The notes under the pieces were generated by a model that ran no database searches, was not told where the DNA came from, and was given only the letters and a program-made list of their open reading frames with translations. A DNA stretch of 64,000 bases, taken from positions 41,478,001 through 41,542,000 of the forward strand of contig NW_027362762.1 of the NCBI RefSeq assembly GCF_046119375.1, given 5' to 3'. Below, in pieces: positions 23,461-37,394 of this stretch. Each line of letters begins with the position of its first letter. Within the stretch, counting starts at the first letter, position 1. The stretch is from Phyllobates terribilis (lineage: Eukaryota). Position numbers and translations under genes: made by a program.

Positions 23461-23732
23461 TCATTCTCAATCTAATTAAATTAGTTTTTTATAAGCGATT
23501 TATGGGCAATAAAGAGAAATATAAAGAATCTGCCACCGGAAGTAATAATGTCTCGCCTTATATTATCTGACAAAGTGGACGTTTATTGATTCTGGAGATG
23601 CCCTCGAAATGAACAACTGTCTTGAGCGGACAGGTTAGACATGAGGTGACGGTAATGTAACGGTGACGTCGTGCCCGTATTCATTACTTTGTTTTTTTTT
23701 TTCCATCCCGCAGCCGACTTCGACCATTGAAA

Positions 23733-26700
23733 ATGGAGATCCCCTTTATGGATCACGTCCGACATTCGCTGATGATTGACAGGAACAAGGATGTGATTAT
23801 AGACAAGCTCCTGAACCTGACCCTGGAGATCATCTGTCTGCTGACCGGAGAGGTGGGACATATCATGCTATGTTCACATTTTCCACCCTCGAAGAGCCAA
23901 TCAGGAGCCAGAGGAATAAGCCCCTCCCCCCTGACTCTTTAGAAACACGTCGTGTGTCATGTGATCTTTATCGGTTCTGCTGATTGGCTGAGAGGGATAA
24001 AGATGGGAAGATATTTCCCAGCCCCTGAAAGCACTTTGCGATGCCCTTTAACCCCTTGCTGACATCCGCCATACATCTCCAGCTTATACGGAGCGGAGCA
24101 CACCTAGTCTGTGGCTATTGTCCCCCTTGCACAGCGCAGAGTCATGTTAGTACACCCATAATGCCTGAGGCCCCAGGTTTATAGGAGATCGGCTATCTTA
24201 CACTACTCTATAGAACTGCAGTGTAAAGTATGGGGGATTAATGGATTGCAGGTTCCAGTCCCAGAAAGGGATCACAAAGTTGTATGGACTCCAAAACGGA
24301 TCCGATAGAAAGCAGTCGACAGAGGAAAAAAGTTACAACGGCTCAGAATATGGCGACGGAAATCTAATTTTTTTGCACCTTTTTTTTTCTACGGGGGCTT
24401 CATTTTTATTTCTATACAATTTTTTTTTATTATTATTTATTTTTGCCAATATTGGGCATAATGTTTTTTCACATTTTGTTTTCTTTTTATTTATTTTTTT
24501 TATAACCGCTAAAATGAATGTTAAAATGTATTGCCTTTTCTGTAACAATTATAGTCATAGTTTTATTTATTTTTATTTATTCATTGATGTCACGTATTGT
24601 GCTCCCTATAAGGTTATAAAATAATCTTTTGGGGATTACATTTCAACGTTTCATTTATTTTTTATTTTTTATTCTAATCTGATTTCCCCTGTAACTCGGG
24701 CTGCTATATAAAACCCCAGTTACAGAGGACATTCAGCCTTCTGTCCGGATATTCTAGGACCTCACAGTTTCTGCTTCCTCCCTATATGCAGCGATCATTG
24801 GGTCCAGTGGAGGAAGCGATGATAAGAAACATTTTTTTTTATTAACCCTTTTCTTGCCCTTGAAGGTTCTTATTAATATCATTGTGATAACTGGACATTA
24901 ATACGGTTTCTTTATTTATAGGATTATGTCGTTATGAGAAAATCAGGGGACCCCTGCACCACGGAGAAGAAGGGACGTCGTGCGTCAGACACACGTACTG
25001 AGGCTCAGAGGCCAATGATGGAGGAGTCCCCTCCCCCTCCTGTAACTGCAGAGAATCCTTCCCGGAGGATCCCAGCACCTGCTGAGAATCCTTATACTGA
25101 AAATGTGCGTCCCCTTCTATTATAGAACCTTATTATAGGGGATGATCCTCATATAATGAGAAGTTCTACAACTTTCTCATAAACTTTACGTTTTAGTTTG
25201 CCGTCAAGTTCAGGATCTCTGCTTGCTCTCGGTGAATGGAACAGTTTTTGGAAACTCTGTCCTGATCTAACAGCTGAGGGTTTGCTGCAGTTGTATCCAG
25301 TCTAGACTGACCGGCACCAATGCATAGATATAAAGTATAGGACATAGTGACGTGCTGGTGACATGGATGCAATAGTAGCAAACCCCCAGCAGTGAGACGT
25401 TTTAAGTCTGTTCAGGTGAGCCGTATTTGGGGCAGAGTTGTCGTTTTCTGTATGCATCGAGGTCCGGTGCTGAACGCGTGTATCCTGTCCTTTGCAGATT
25501 CCCATAAAGTGTGAGGACGTCGTGATATTCGCATGGGACTGTTCAGCGGACGAGGCGGTGGTTGGTAGACTGGAGCCGCGCTGCTCAGCCAGTAGGTCGT
25601 CGTCGCATCTCTTTGCATAAATGGGGGTCACCCAGACAGGACGTGCTGGGGGTGTCGGGCTCACACCTTGAAACATAAAAATTGCTGTCACTTTTACAAA
25701 TTTATGGAGGAGGGAGGAGCTAGGGGAACACACGGACAATTTGTTGCTAGTTCCATAGAACGTTATAAGCACCAACTGTCATCTCTCTCAGTAATGGGAA
25801 GTCTGTATTCAGTGAAGACATACAGCTCTGGCAAAAATTAAGAGACCACTGCAAAATTTTCATTTTCTAAGATTTTTCTCTTTATATTTTTTCAGTAAAA
25901 TGTACATTGTTGTTTTAGTCTATACACTACTGACAACACGTCTCTGAAATTCTAAGCTAAAAATTTTGTATTTATTTGCAGCAAATCGTCGAAATAATAA
26001 AAAAGAACCAGAGAAGCAGAGAAGCCGTGCTTCCAGACCTCAAATAATGCAAAGAAAACAAGTTCTTATTCATTTAGAAACAACAATCCTCATGTTTTAA
26101 CTCAGGAAGAGTTCAGAAATCAATATTTGGTGGAATAACCATGATTGTTAATCCCAGCTCTCATGCGTCTTGGCTGCTTTCCACCAGTCTTTCACACGGC
26201 TTTGGGGTGACCTTATGCCGCTCCGGCAGTTCTTCTTGGTTTGATGGCTTGTGACTATCCATCTTCCATCTTGATTACATTCCAGAGGTTTTCAATGGGG
26301 TTCAGGTCTGGAGATTGGGCTGGCCATGACAGGGTCTTGATGTGGTGGTCCTTCATCCACACAGTGATTGACCTAGCTGTGTGGCATGGGGCATTGTCCT
26401 CAGAGTTGGGGAACATTGCTTGAGCAGAAGGAAGCAAGTGTTTTTCAGGGATAACCTTGTATGCGGCTTGATTCATACGTCCTCCACAAAGATTAACCTG
26501 CCCAATTCCAGCCTTGCTGAAGCATCCCCAGATCATCACCGATCCTCCACCAAATTTCACAGTGGGTGCAAGACACTGTGGCTTGTATGCCTCTCCAGGT
26601 CTCCGTCTAACCATTAGACAACCAGGTGTTGGGCAAAGCTGAAAATTAGACTCATTAGAGAAGATTACCTTACTCCAGTCCTCTATGGTCCAATCCTTAT

Positions 26701-29700
26701 GGTCTTTGGCCATCTTCAGCCTGGGTCTCCTTTGCTTCCCATCGATGAAAGGCTTTTTTCCAGCTTTCCATGACTTGAGGCCTCTAGGAGCCTGTTAGGA
26801 ACTGTTCTTGCCATAAACTTCACCCCAGCGGCCATTCCTTTTGTAGGTCACTTGTTGTCATCCTGCGGTTACTGAGTGACATTGGAATAAGATGACGGTC
26901 ATCCCGGTCAGTGGAGAGTCGCTTTCGCCCTCTGCCGGTCTGTGGCTTTGTTGTCCCCAATGTCTGCTGCTTGACCTTGTTGTAATGGACTGCTGTCTTT
27001 GAAATTTTAAGGATGGCGGCAACATGACGCTCACTGTATCCCTCCGCTAGTAAAGCCAGAATTGAGCCCATCTTTTCAACTCCTTTGGCATGGTTAAAAG
27101 TTATTTTTTCATTCAAATTACTTTTGGGCTGTTCCTAGCACTTGTTTTGCCATCCAGCTTGTCCTATTGCAAGAGGATTGTGAAGACCACAGCAGTGTTT
27201 TTTTATACTTTCCCTCGTTACATAAGGTTTGGTTCAGGTGATCACCGAATCAGAAGCACATTAAGTAGAATGAGGTGGACGGTGGATGGAATTGAACTGA
27301 CACTGGAATGGAATGGCCGTCAGACATGGAGAGAAAACTGCGCAGTGCTCTCTTCATTTTTGCCAGAGCTGTATTTTACCCATGAATTGAGATTTTTAAG
27401 AATGAATAATCAGTCCAGGAGGAGAAAGAATCATGGACCCAATGATCATTTGATCTCTCTGTATAGGAAAGAAGCAGAAACCGTGGGGTTCTAGAATATC
27501 CACACAAGAGGCTGAATTTACACTGTAACTGGGGCTTTAAATACCAGCCCAAGTTACAGGGGAAATCAGATTAGAAATAAAAAAAATGTTGAAATGTAAT
27601 CCCCAAAATTTGGTAAATTTGTTAAGAAAAGCAACATTTTTCATTTTGCCCCGAGAAGATAGAATTTTGGAGCCAAGCGGCTGCGTTCAGCAGGACAGTG
27701 CAGACCCTAACGGAAATCACGTGTCAGGTGAGTGACCGACTCTGCCATGCAGGATCAGCTGCGGCTGCTATTAAAGAGTAACCTTCATTTAAATTTTTTA
27801 TTCCCCATAACTCTCAATAGTACATGAGAAAATAAGAAACTTTGTAATATGTCTTATCAGAGAAATCTGACTCTTTCTCCTCCTGGAATGATTTTTCATT
27901 CAATTCATGAGTAAAATATGTCTTCACTGAATACAGATTTCCCATTACTGAGCTAGGAGATGACAGTTGGTGCTCATAAAGTTCTATGGAACTTGCAGCA
28001 GAATGTCTGTGTTTCCTCTAGCTCCTCCCTTCTCCATAGAATCTTATAAGCACCAACTGTCATCTCCGTAATGGGAGAATCTGTCTTCACTGAATACACT
28101 TTTTACCCATGAATTCAGAGTGACTAATCAGTCCAGGGGGAGAAAGAAGCGGATTTCTCTGATAAAATATATTACAAAGTTGATTATTTTTCCCTGCACT
28201 ATTGATTAATGAAATATAAATTAAAACAACGGTTAATCTTAAAATATTGATCCCCTGTTTCCTCATTACTGTTTTTATCTCTGCAGCTGCACTTAGTAGA
28301 GGAAGCCCCCTGAGAAAATGTGGGACCCCCCTGTGTTCCCACGACTGCAGCCAGCAGGAGAGCCAGGTACATGGGCCGCACCAGCAACAGTCTGGGGAAC
28401 ATTAATCTGGATTATCCGATAATCCGGCATCTGTCTGGTTTTATTTACATGATATTAGCGCCTTTATGGACAACCCCTTTAAGGTGTCATAATATGACTG
28501 TTTGTATATGGCAGGCCGAGCCGCCGGGGGATGGGATGTGTCCTCAACAGTGTAAGGAGGAGGACAAGATGGCGGTTGCTGATGACGTTGGGTCAGGTAA
28601 GGCGATAACCACTGCGACCTGATTACCTGGCAGGATGGTTATAGGATTTCTCCATGATAGTATCAGTCCTGTAGGTACTGCGAGGGGGGGAAGCTACATC
28701 CACCTGTAACCCCTCCCGACATCTGTGGTACATTTATATCACATGTCTGGTTCGGGTCTAGGAGCTGTGTTATACAGCCGGCATCCCCTGCTGATATGTT
28801 GGCCGCCCATTAAAGGCTCCTTTAACCGCCATCTTGGTACTCCTGTGAGGTGGAGACAGATGCTGGGCAACATAGGCAAGTGTAGTTATCACTACATACT
28901 GCAATACTGTAGTATTACACTATATAGGACATGTGATCAAACAGTCGCAGGTTTAAGTCCCCCCAAAATACTAAAATAATAAGATAACATTTAAAAAAAA
29001 AAGTTTTGTAAAAGAAAAGTTTGACTCCCCCTTTCCATTTTTCCTAGTTAAAAATAAACATATTTAGTATCGCCACATCCTTATAATTGAGATCTATCAG
29101 AACATAAAATTATTTTAGGCTTAAAGAAAATGGAAACGCCAGAATTGCGCTTTTTTAAATTTTTTTATTTTGGTTGTTGCATCTATCCCCCCAAAAATGC
29201 AATTGAGAGTGAACTACAAAACAAGCCCCCACACGGCTGCATCAATAGAATTTTTTTTTTNNNNNNNNNNNNNNNNNNNNNNNNNNNNNNNNNNNNNNNN
29301 NNNNNNNNNNNNNNNNNNNNNNNNNNNNNNNNNNNNNNNNNNNNNNNNNNNNNNNNNNNNNNNNNNNNNNNNNNNNNNNNNNNNNNNNNNNNNNNNNNNN
29401 NNNNNNNNNNNNNNNNNNNNNNNNNNNNNNNNNNNNNNNNNNNNNNNNNNNNNNNNNNNNNNNNNNNNNNCACTGACCTAGAAAATTATTATGTCAGATT
29501 ATTTTTACAGTAAACAGCGTTAAAATTAAACCCAAAATGCAATGGCGGAATTGTGACCTTTTTTTTCACAATTTTACAGATTTTTTTTTTTTTATGTATT
29601 TACTCCATTATATGGTAATAGTGACATGCAAAACTACTGCTCATCCCGCGGAAAAACAAGCCCTCACATGGCGATGTCAGCAAAATAATATAAAAAAGTG

Positions 29701-32700
29701 ATGGCTCTTGGAAGAAGGGAAGAAAAAAAAAAAGAAAGTGGGAGAATGGTCAAGCACCCGGTTACTGACAGCGGTTTTTAAACCGTTGAAGACCCCAGTG
29801 GCTGTCATCTTGGTCCTCCTGCAAAGCGCAGACACTTTATATTCTGTATATATTGGGGCAGATTTATAAAAACTGCCTAAAGAGAAAATCTGCCTTGGTT
29901 GCCCATAGCAACCAATGACATCGCAGCTTTCATTTTACCAGAGCAGTTTTAGAAATGAAAGCTGCGCTCTGATTGGTTGCTATGGGCAACTAAAATAAAT
30001 GAGGCCTACACAGCCTGCTCAGTTTTCTCTCTTTTTAAAGCAGGGCTCTCTTGTCACCCAATTCTTCTCCCCTGACAGCCGCCCTGCACCCACCCCAAAA
30101 TTTAATAATATTTGTACATCCTAGGGGGCACAAAGTGGTTAAAGTGAAAGAAAATGAAAATGTTCACTCATTGTAATTGGCTGACGGGGAGACTTACAGG
30201 AGGCATGGGAGAGACCAAAATGGCTGACACTGGCAGCAGCTGGATGGCGACATTCTGTCCCGGAGGCTGCGGCCTGAGGGTAGGAGGCCGAGGGTTCTGA
30301 TTTTCAGTCTTAGCTGGAGGTCCCCTTTAATCTCGCGCAGGTGAGGAGGATTCCGCGGATCGCCCCCATCACTGCCTGATCCCGGCCTGTACCGAGGACT
30401 TCATAGAGGAGGATAATGAGGGGATGACTCCGGAGGATCAGGTATTCGGCGCACGTCCTATACACCCCCTTGTACCCCCATCACTTATAACCCGCACTCC
30501 TGTATTACAGTCCAGTGTCAGCGACCGGATCCATCAACAGCCGTGTAAGGAGGAGGCCGCTCCTGATTATATGATCTCTGGTAAGAAAGTCACATGAGAC
30601 GAGCGGAAGCCATTGTCTTTTGGGCATTATAAATAACGTGTGGCCGAGGTATATCCATATAGTAAAGAGTATGGAGCAAATGCTGTATTATGTAGTGTAC
30701 AGTGTATGGCGGCGGAGCACAGGACAGTATATTGTAGTATATTATTACTGTATAGTGGCATTCTATGGCAGTATAGCACATTATACTATATATTATGTGG
30801 TGTTATAGAATCACAGTATACACTATATGAAGGAAAGTGTCAGGCTGCACATCTCAACCACTGAATCCCATTTTTCCTTCAGCCCAGTTGCCCCCCGGTG
30901 TATAACATTCGGCCCTAATTCCCCCCCAGTGTGTAACATCTGGCCCCTCGCCCAGGTGTGTAACATCCGGCCCTATTGCCCACGCTGCATAACATCCGGC
31001 CCCTCAACCCCCCCTTGTTGTATAACATCCGGCCCCAATGTTCCCCCGGTGTATAACATTCGGCCCCTCACCCCTGGTATATAACATTCGTCCCCATTGC
31101 CCCCCCCGGTGCGTAACATCCGGCCCCATTGCCCCATGTGCGTAACATCCGGCCTCATTGCTCCCGGTGCGTAACATCCGGCCCCATTGCCCCCGGTGCG
31201 TAACATCCGGCCCCATTGCCCCCTGGTGCGTAACTTCCAGCCCCATTGCCCCCTGGTGCGTAACATCCGGCCCCATTGTCCCCCGGTGCGTAACATCCGG
31301 CCCCATTGCCCCCCCGGTGCGTAACATCCGGCCCCATTGCCCCCCCGGTGTGTAACATCCGGCCCCATTGCCCCCCCGGTGTGTAACATCCGGCCCCATT
31401 GCCTCCCCGGTGTGTAACATCCTGCCCCTCACCCCCCCTATGTGTATAATATCCGGTCTGTGCAGTGATGATCCCACTTCTGTATCTGCGTCAGATGGAG
31501 GAGTCTGGTTTTGGTGATTCCAGGAGGGCGTTACCCCCTGACTGACAAGCTCCATACAGACATGGAGGGGAGAACATAAGTGGCTGCACAAAGCCCAGAC
31601 CTCAACCCCATCCTACATCTATATTGGAGATTGTGAGCCCGACCTCCCCTCCCCAAACATCAGGGCCTGACCTCACAAATGTTAACGCCTTCACGATCTT
31701 GGATGTATCCATATGTCCAGGTCAGTAGGTACTTACAGACCTTGGACGTATGGATACGTCCAGGCGATTTTGCGCTCACAGAGGCTGTGCGCGCATACAA
31801 TCTCCGCCATGTTTCAGCTGATTCTGACAGCTGACACCCGGCATTCAGTGCCAGGAGCGGGTGTCTAGTCCAGCAAAATCTGAACTCTTAATATGGTGCT
31901 CCTTCTCTTCTGCGCTTTTCACTGTGCCTCAAAAGTAGTTTTCGACCACATATTGGGTCTCAGCGTACTCAGGAGAAATTGCACAACAAAATTTTGGGGT
32001 CCATTTTCTCCTGCTATCTTCATGAAAATGAAAAAATATGGGGCTAAAAAACATTTTTGTGGGAAAAATGTGATTTTTTAAATTTTTTTTAATTTTTTGA
32101 TTTTCACAGCTCAACGTTATAAATTTCTGTGAAGCATTTGGTGGTTGTTCAAGGTGCTCACCACACATTTAGATAAGTTCCCAGAGGGGTCTAGTTTCCA
32201 AAATGGTTTCACTTGTGGGGAATTTCCACTGTTTAGGCACATCAGGGGCTCTGCAAACGCGACATGGAGCCCGCTAATTATTCCAACAAATTTTACATTC
32301 AAAAAGTCAAATGTCACTCCTTCCCTTCTGAGCCCTGCTGTGCGCCCAGACAGTGGTTTCCCCCCACATATGAAGTATCTGTGTGCTTAGGAGATATTGC
32401 ACAACAAATTTTGGGGTCTTTTTTTGGGTCTAAAGTAAAATTTTTGTGAAAAAAAAGTTCCTTTTTTCCTTCCACATTCCATTAATTCCAGTGAAGCACC
32501 TGAAAGATTAATAAACTTCTTGAGCACCTTGGGGGGGGGGGGAAGGTACAGTTTTTAGAATAGTGTCACTTTTGGGTATTTTATGTCTTATAGACCCCTC
32601 AAAGTCACTTCAAATGTGATGTGGTCGCTAAAAAAATGGTTTTGTATATACACACTAGTTTCTATATGTAATATAGAAATAGTAATGTGTCATTATATAA

Positions 32701-33370
32701 TAGCACGGTATCGAATGTATATATTGGATACTGTAGATTACCTAGTGTTACTTTATTATGTTTTTCTTTCATATACAATAAGTTTCGCTCTCACTGATTG
32801 GACCTTGTATCATTAATCTCGCTCGCTGCAGGTCTGACCGTCTCCTCGTTGGACGCGGTGACGATTCGCCGTTGTTCGCAGACCCCAGGACATGTCCCCA
32901 ATCACTCGGACCCCGCTCCCTGCCGGCAGTCCCTCTGTGCAGATAACTTATTCTTCTGCTCCATCTGCGGAGTTCACTTTGGTTCTGAGACGACTTTTGC
33001 CGCTCACCAGCGATTCCACGCCGAGGAGAAGACCTACGACTGCTCCTACTGCGGCAAATCCTTCAACCAGCGCTCTCGCCTCCTGTCACATAAGAGGAAG
33101 CACACGGGGGAGAAGCCGTTCTCCTGTCCGGTGTGCGGGAGGTGCTTTGCAGAAAGATCTGCGCTCGTTACTCATCAGCGGATCCATTCCGGAGAGAAAC
33201 CCTTTAATTGCACAGAATGCGCCCGCAGCTTCGTCCAGAGATCCAGCCTCGTCAAGCACCAGCGCATCCACACCGGCGAGAGGCCGTTCGTCTGCTCTCA
33301 GTGCGGACGCTGCTTCTCTCAGAGCTCCAATCTCGTGCGCCACCAAAGAATACTGCACCAGTTTTTATAG
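23733..33370 (+). CDS. ZF-A: anuran FAX-domain (oocyte/gastrula zinc finger-like) C2H2 protein, 5 fingers, about 446 aa
   Basis: Exons: 23733-23852 (…[15 protein letters not shown]), 24922-25104 (DYVVMRKSG…), 25498-25591 or 25564 (IPIKCEDVVIF…), 27656-27727 (uncertain, weak acceptor), 28287-28366, 28515-28596 (QQCKEED), 30341-30441, 30511-30580 (QPCKEEA) and 32832-33370 (5 C2H2 fingers with HTGEKP-type linkers). Phases are consistent through the whole chain. Confidence 0.85.
25823..27371 (-). mobile_element. Tc1-family transposon with both TIRs and a broken transposase, in ZF-A intron 3
   Basis: TIR CAGCTCTGGCAAAAAT(T/G)AAGAGA with TA flanks. Motifs KVIFSNES, VKFGGGSVMIWGCF, DNAPCH and [11 protein letters not shown]. 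Confidence 0.93.
27775..28239. mobile_element. TTAA-flanked fold-back MITE (Kolobok/T2-like)
   Basis: ttaa-AGAGTAACC ... GGTTAATC-ttaa. Long internal inverted arms (aactttgtaatat...tgacagttggtgctcataa and ttataagcaccaactgtca...atattacaaagtt). Confidence 0.7.
29261..29470. other. Assembly gap (210 N)
   Basis: Run of N within a ZF-A intron. Confidence 1.
29857..30008. mobile_element. Short MITE carrying two inverted X-box-like motifs
   Basis: ggggcagatttat...ataaatgaggcc termini. GTTGCCCATAGCAAC at 29898-29912 and its reverse complement at 29976-29990. Confidence 0.6.
30885..31455. repeat. About 32-33-bp minisatellite, about 17 copies, in the last intron of ZF-A
   Basis: Unit gtgcgtaacatccggccccattgccccccg with a variable C run. 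Confidence 0.93.
31686..32640. mobile_element. Fragment of a non-autonomous piggyBac-like element
   Basis: ttaa-C(G)CCTTCACGA terminus followed by internal sub-repeats (attgcacaacaaa.ttttgggg). The other end was not found. Confidence 0.4.
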
Positions 33371-33734
33371 AAGGATCCTCCCCCATTTGACTCTTCTGTA
33401 GGGTGCTCCTCGGGTTTGTGTCTCTGCTCATTGTGGAAGGAACCACTTTTTTTTAGGGGTGAATGAATATTCGAATGCAACATCTCTATTTATGGAAGTG
33501 ATGGATGTCTCTGAGAACGGGCGGTGCTGTGTGGAGGCCTCGGATATGAAGAAATACAGAAATGTGACAACCTGCCCTGAGTACCCCATACCACCTGTGA
33601 TGGGCGATGGAGACTGGGCAGCGATCCATGTGAGCCTCTAAGGCGGGCGATAAAGACCTCCATTCAATTACTATTAATGTACAGTCCTTCTAATTAGCTA
33701 TGAAGTGGCCATATATACACGGCCACATGCCCTG

Positions 33735-34330
33735 GATCTGCTGGTCTAGGGCTGCGGGGATCCTGTGTCCCTGGTGGTCTAGAGCAATAAGGATCTGGTG
33801 TGGTCTAGGGCAGTGGATATCCTGTGTCCCTGGTGGTCTAGGGCAGCGGGGATCCTGTGTCCCTGGTGGTCTAGGACAGTTAGGATGCTGCGTCCCTGGC
33901 GGTCTAGGGCAGTGGGGATGCGGCGTCCCTGAAGGTCTAGAGCAGTGGAAATCCGGCGTCCCTGGTGGTCTAGGGCAGTGGGGATCCGGCGTCCCTGGTG
34001 GTCTAGGGCAGTGGGGATCCGGCGTCCCTGGTGGTCTAGGGCAGTGGGGATCCGGCGTCCCTGGTGGTCTAGGGCAGTGGGGGATCCGGCGTCCCTGGTG
34101 GTCTAGGGCAGTGGGGATCTGGCGTACCTGGTGCTCTTTGGCATTGGGGATAAGCCGTCTAGGGCAGCAAGGTTCCAAAATTCCTCATGGTCTAGTGCAT
34201 TGTGGATCCAGTATCCGAGGTGGTCTAGTGCAGTGAGGATCTAGTATACATGGTCATCCAATGCAGTGAGCATCAAGTATCCCTGATGGTCTTCTAGAGT
34301 AGTGAAGATATTCATGTAATGGTCCCTGGT
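33735..34330. repeat. 33-bp minisatellite, about 11 clean copies plus degenerate flanks
   Basis: Unit cctggtggtctagggcagtggggatccggcgtc. Confidence 0.93.
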
Positions 34331-34354
34331 AGTGTAAGGCAGTGAAATGGTTAA

Positions 34355-34829
34355 AGAAGTTGTGCACTACTTTATATTACCCCCACAATGTTTCCCCCCC
34401 GGGGCCCCTAAGACTTTTTGTAATTACCTTACTGCCTGTGAGTGGCGCTATCTGTGGCACCTCACAGGCATCACATCACCCAGCGCTGATGTCACGACAA
34501 ATGAGGTTTGACTCAGCGCTGGGGTCCCCGCGGTGGCTGCTGGGATGTGGGCGGGGTTACCCACCCACGACGTGCGGGGTAACCCTACCCACAGCCTGGC
34601 ATCCACCTGGAACGCGGAAGACAAAAGACCCCCGGCTGCTGCCAGCACTTGTCGTGACATCAGCGGATGTCAGAGCTGTCAGCAGCCGGGGGTCACGGGA
34701 TGCCTGTGAGCGGCCACCGATAGCGCCACTCACAGGCAGTATCTGCAAGATAAGGTATTTACAAAAAGTCTTAGGGGCCCCAGGGGGATACATTGGGGGG
34801 GGGGTAATATAAAGTAGTGTACAGCCCCT
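34355..34829. mobile_element. TTAA-flanked fold-back MITE (Kolobok/T2-like)
   Basis: ttaa-AGAAGTTGTGCACTAC ... GTAGTGTACAGCCCCT-ttaa, with more than 100 bp of inverted arms. Confidence 0.8.
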
Positions 34830-35462
34830 TTAATTGTAAGATCCCTGTTGGAGGCCAATGGAAGGGTTAATACATAATGCACACCTTGGGCAATGGGTTA
34901 CTCAGCCCTTCAGGCTCCATCATTGTCCTGGATGCAACAGGAGACTAAACATTTCCATTCTGCATTGATCATTCAGATGAGACCATGGAGGGGAGACAGT
35001 AAGGAGCAGCTGTCAGTGTACAGCCCCATAGGTCTGTGCATGATTGGGCAGAGTGATGGACTGCTCTGCCCCATCATTTATGGAGAGCTCATTCTGTGCA
35101 GACACTCGCTGAGCAGATGCATTAGCTCAATGATTAGACAATTTGTTTTTTTGATGACTAATATTATTTTCTATCGGTCAATCCAAAAGGTTAATAAACC
35201 AGAATATTGAAGAAAGTCGCAGTGCGGTTTTTATCTTTCTTAGGAGAATTTCTCTATGTGCAGAATTATTGGGCGACTAAATGGAAAAACATACATTTTT
35301 CATCTCAATTGTGTATTTTCATTTTTTCTGCAGTGAGAATAAGAACAAACCTCAAATGTACAAAATCCATATCTGACATTTCCAAATAAATATCAGTGAC
35401 CAATAAAGTACATTATATATATATTATAGCCGCCCTTCTCCTCAGTGTGATATAGTCATATA

Positions 35463-36792
<1,330 letters not shown>

Positions 36793-37394
36793 ACAGTCAT
36801 AAGCTCCATCCATGGAGTCTGTCAGTTTCTTCATCTTTTTGGGCGGCACCAACCACAGCCCCAGACACTGATGAGAGAGGCGACTCTTCTCCTTCACCAT
36901 TAATCTTTCGTGTCAGAAGGGCCACAAGTTCTCAGTAGGGTTTAGGTCCGGTGAGGACGGGGCCGGGTCATTATTCTCCATCGTTATGGTCTTTCCTCGT
37001 CTCGAGCAGTGGAGACTTTCATGCTGTGATGGAGCCTCGTCCTGCAGAACAATCCTGGTTTTCTGGAGAGACGCAGACTTTTTCTTGCTCCACTGTTGAA
37101 AGAATGTGTCTTCTAATCACCGGCAGGAGGTTTGGGAGATGATTTTAATCCATCTTCAACCTGAAAAAGTCCAACGATATCCTCTGTAATAATCCCACCC
37201 ATAGCAGTGCTCAACTCCACCTCGCCGGCGTCTGAGTGTAAGTGGAGGTCTGTTCCCGAGACTGATCCAGCCACAGCTTATCCGTCTGATCCGAAAAGAG
37301 AGCCGCTCTCATCACATCAGTCCATAAAACCTTTTTAACAACCTGTCTTGAGACATATCTTGGCCCGGTTTTCACGTTTCCACTTTTGAGTCTT

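Noticed and set aside
29130-29513. ORFs spanning the N run
   Set aside because: Artefacts of the assembly gap.
33760-34125. Chi-like octamer CCTGGTGG in each 33-bp unit
   Set aside because: It has one mismatch to a bacterial RecBCD signal, and that signal has no established role in vertebrates.
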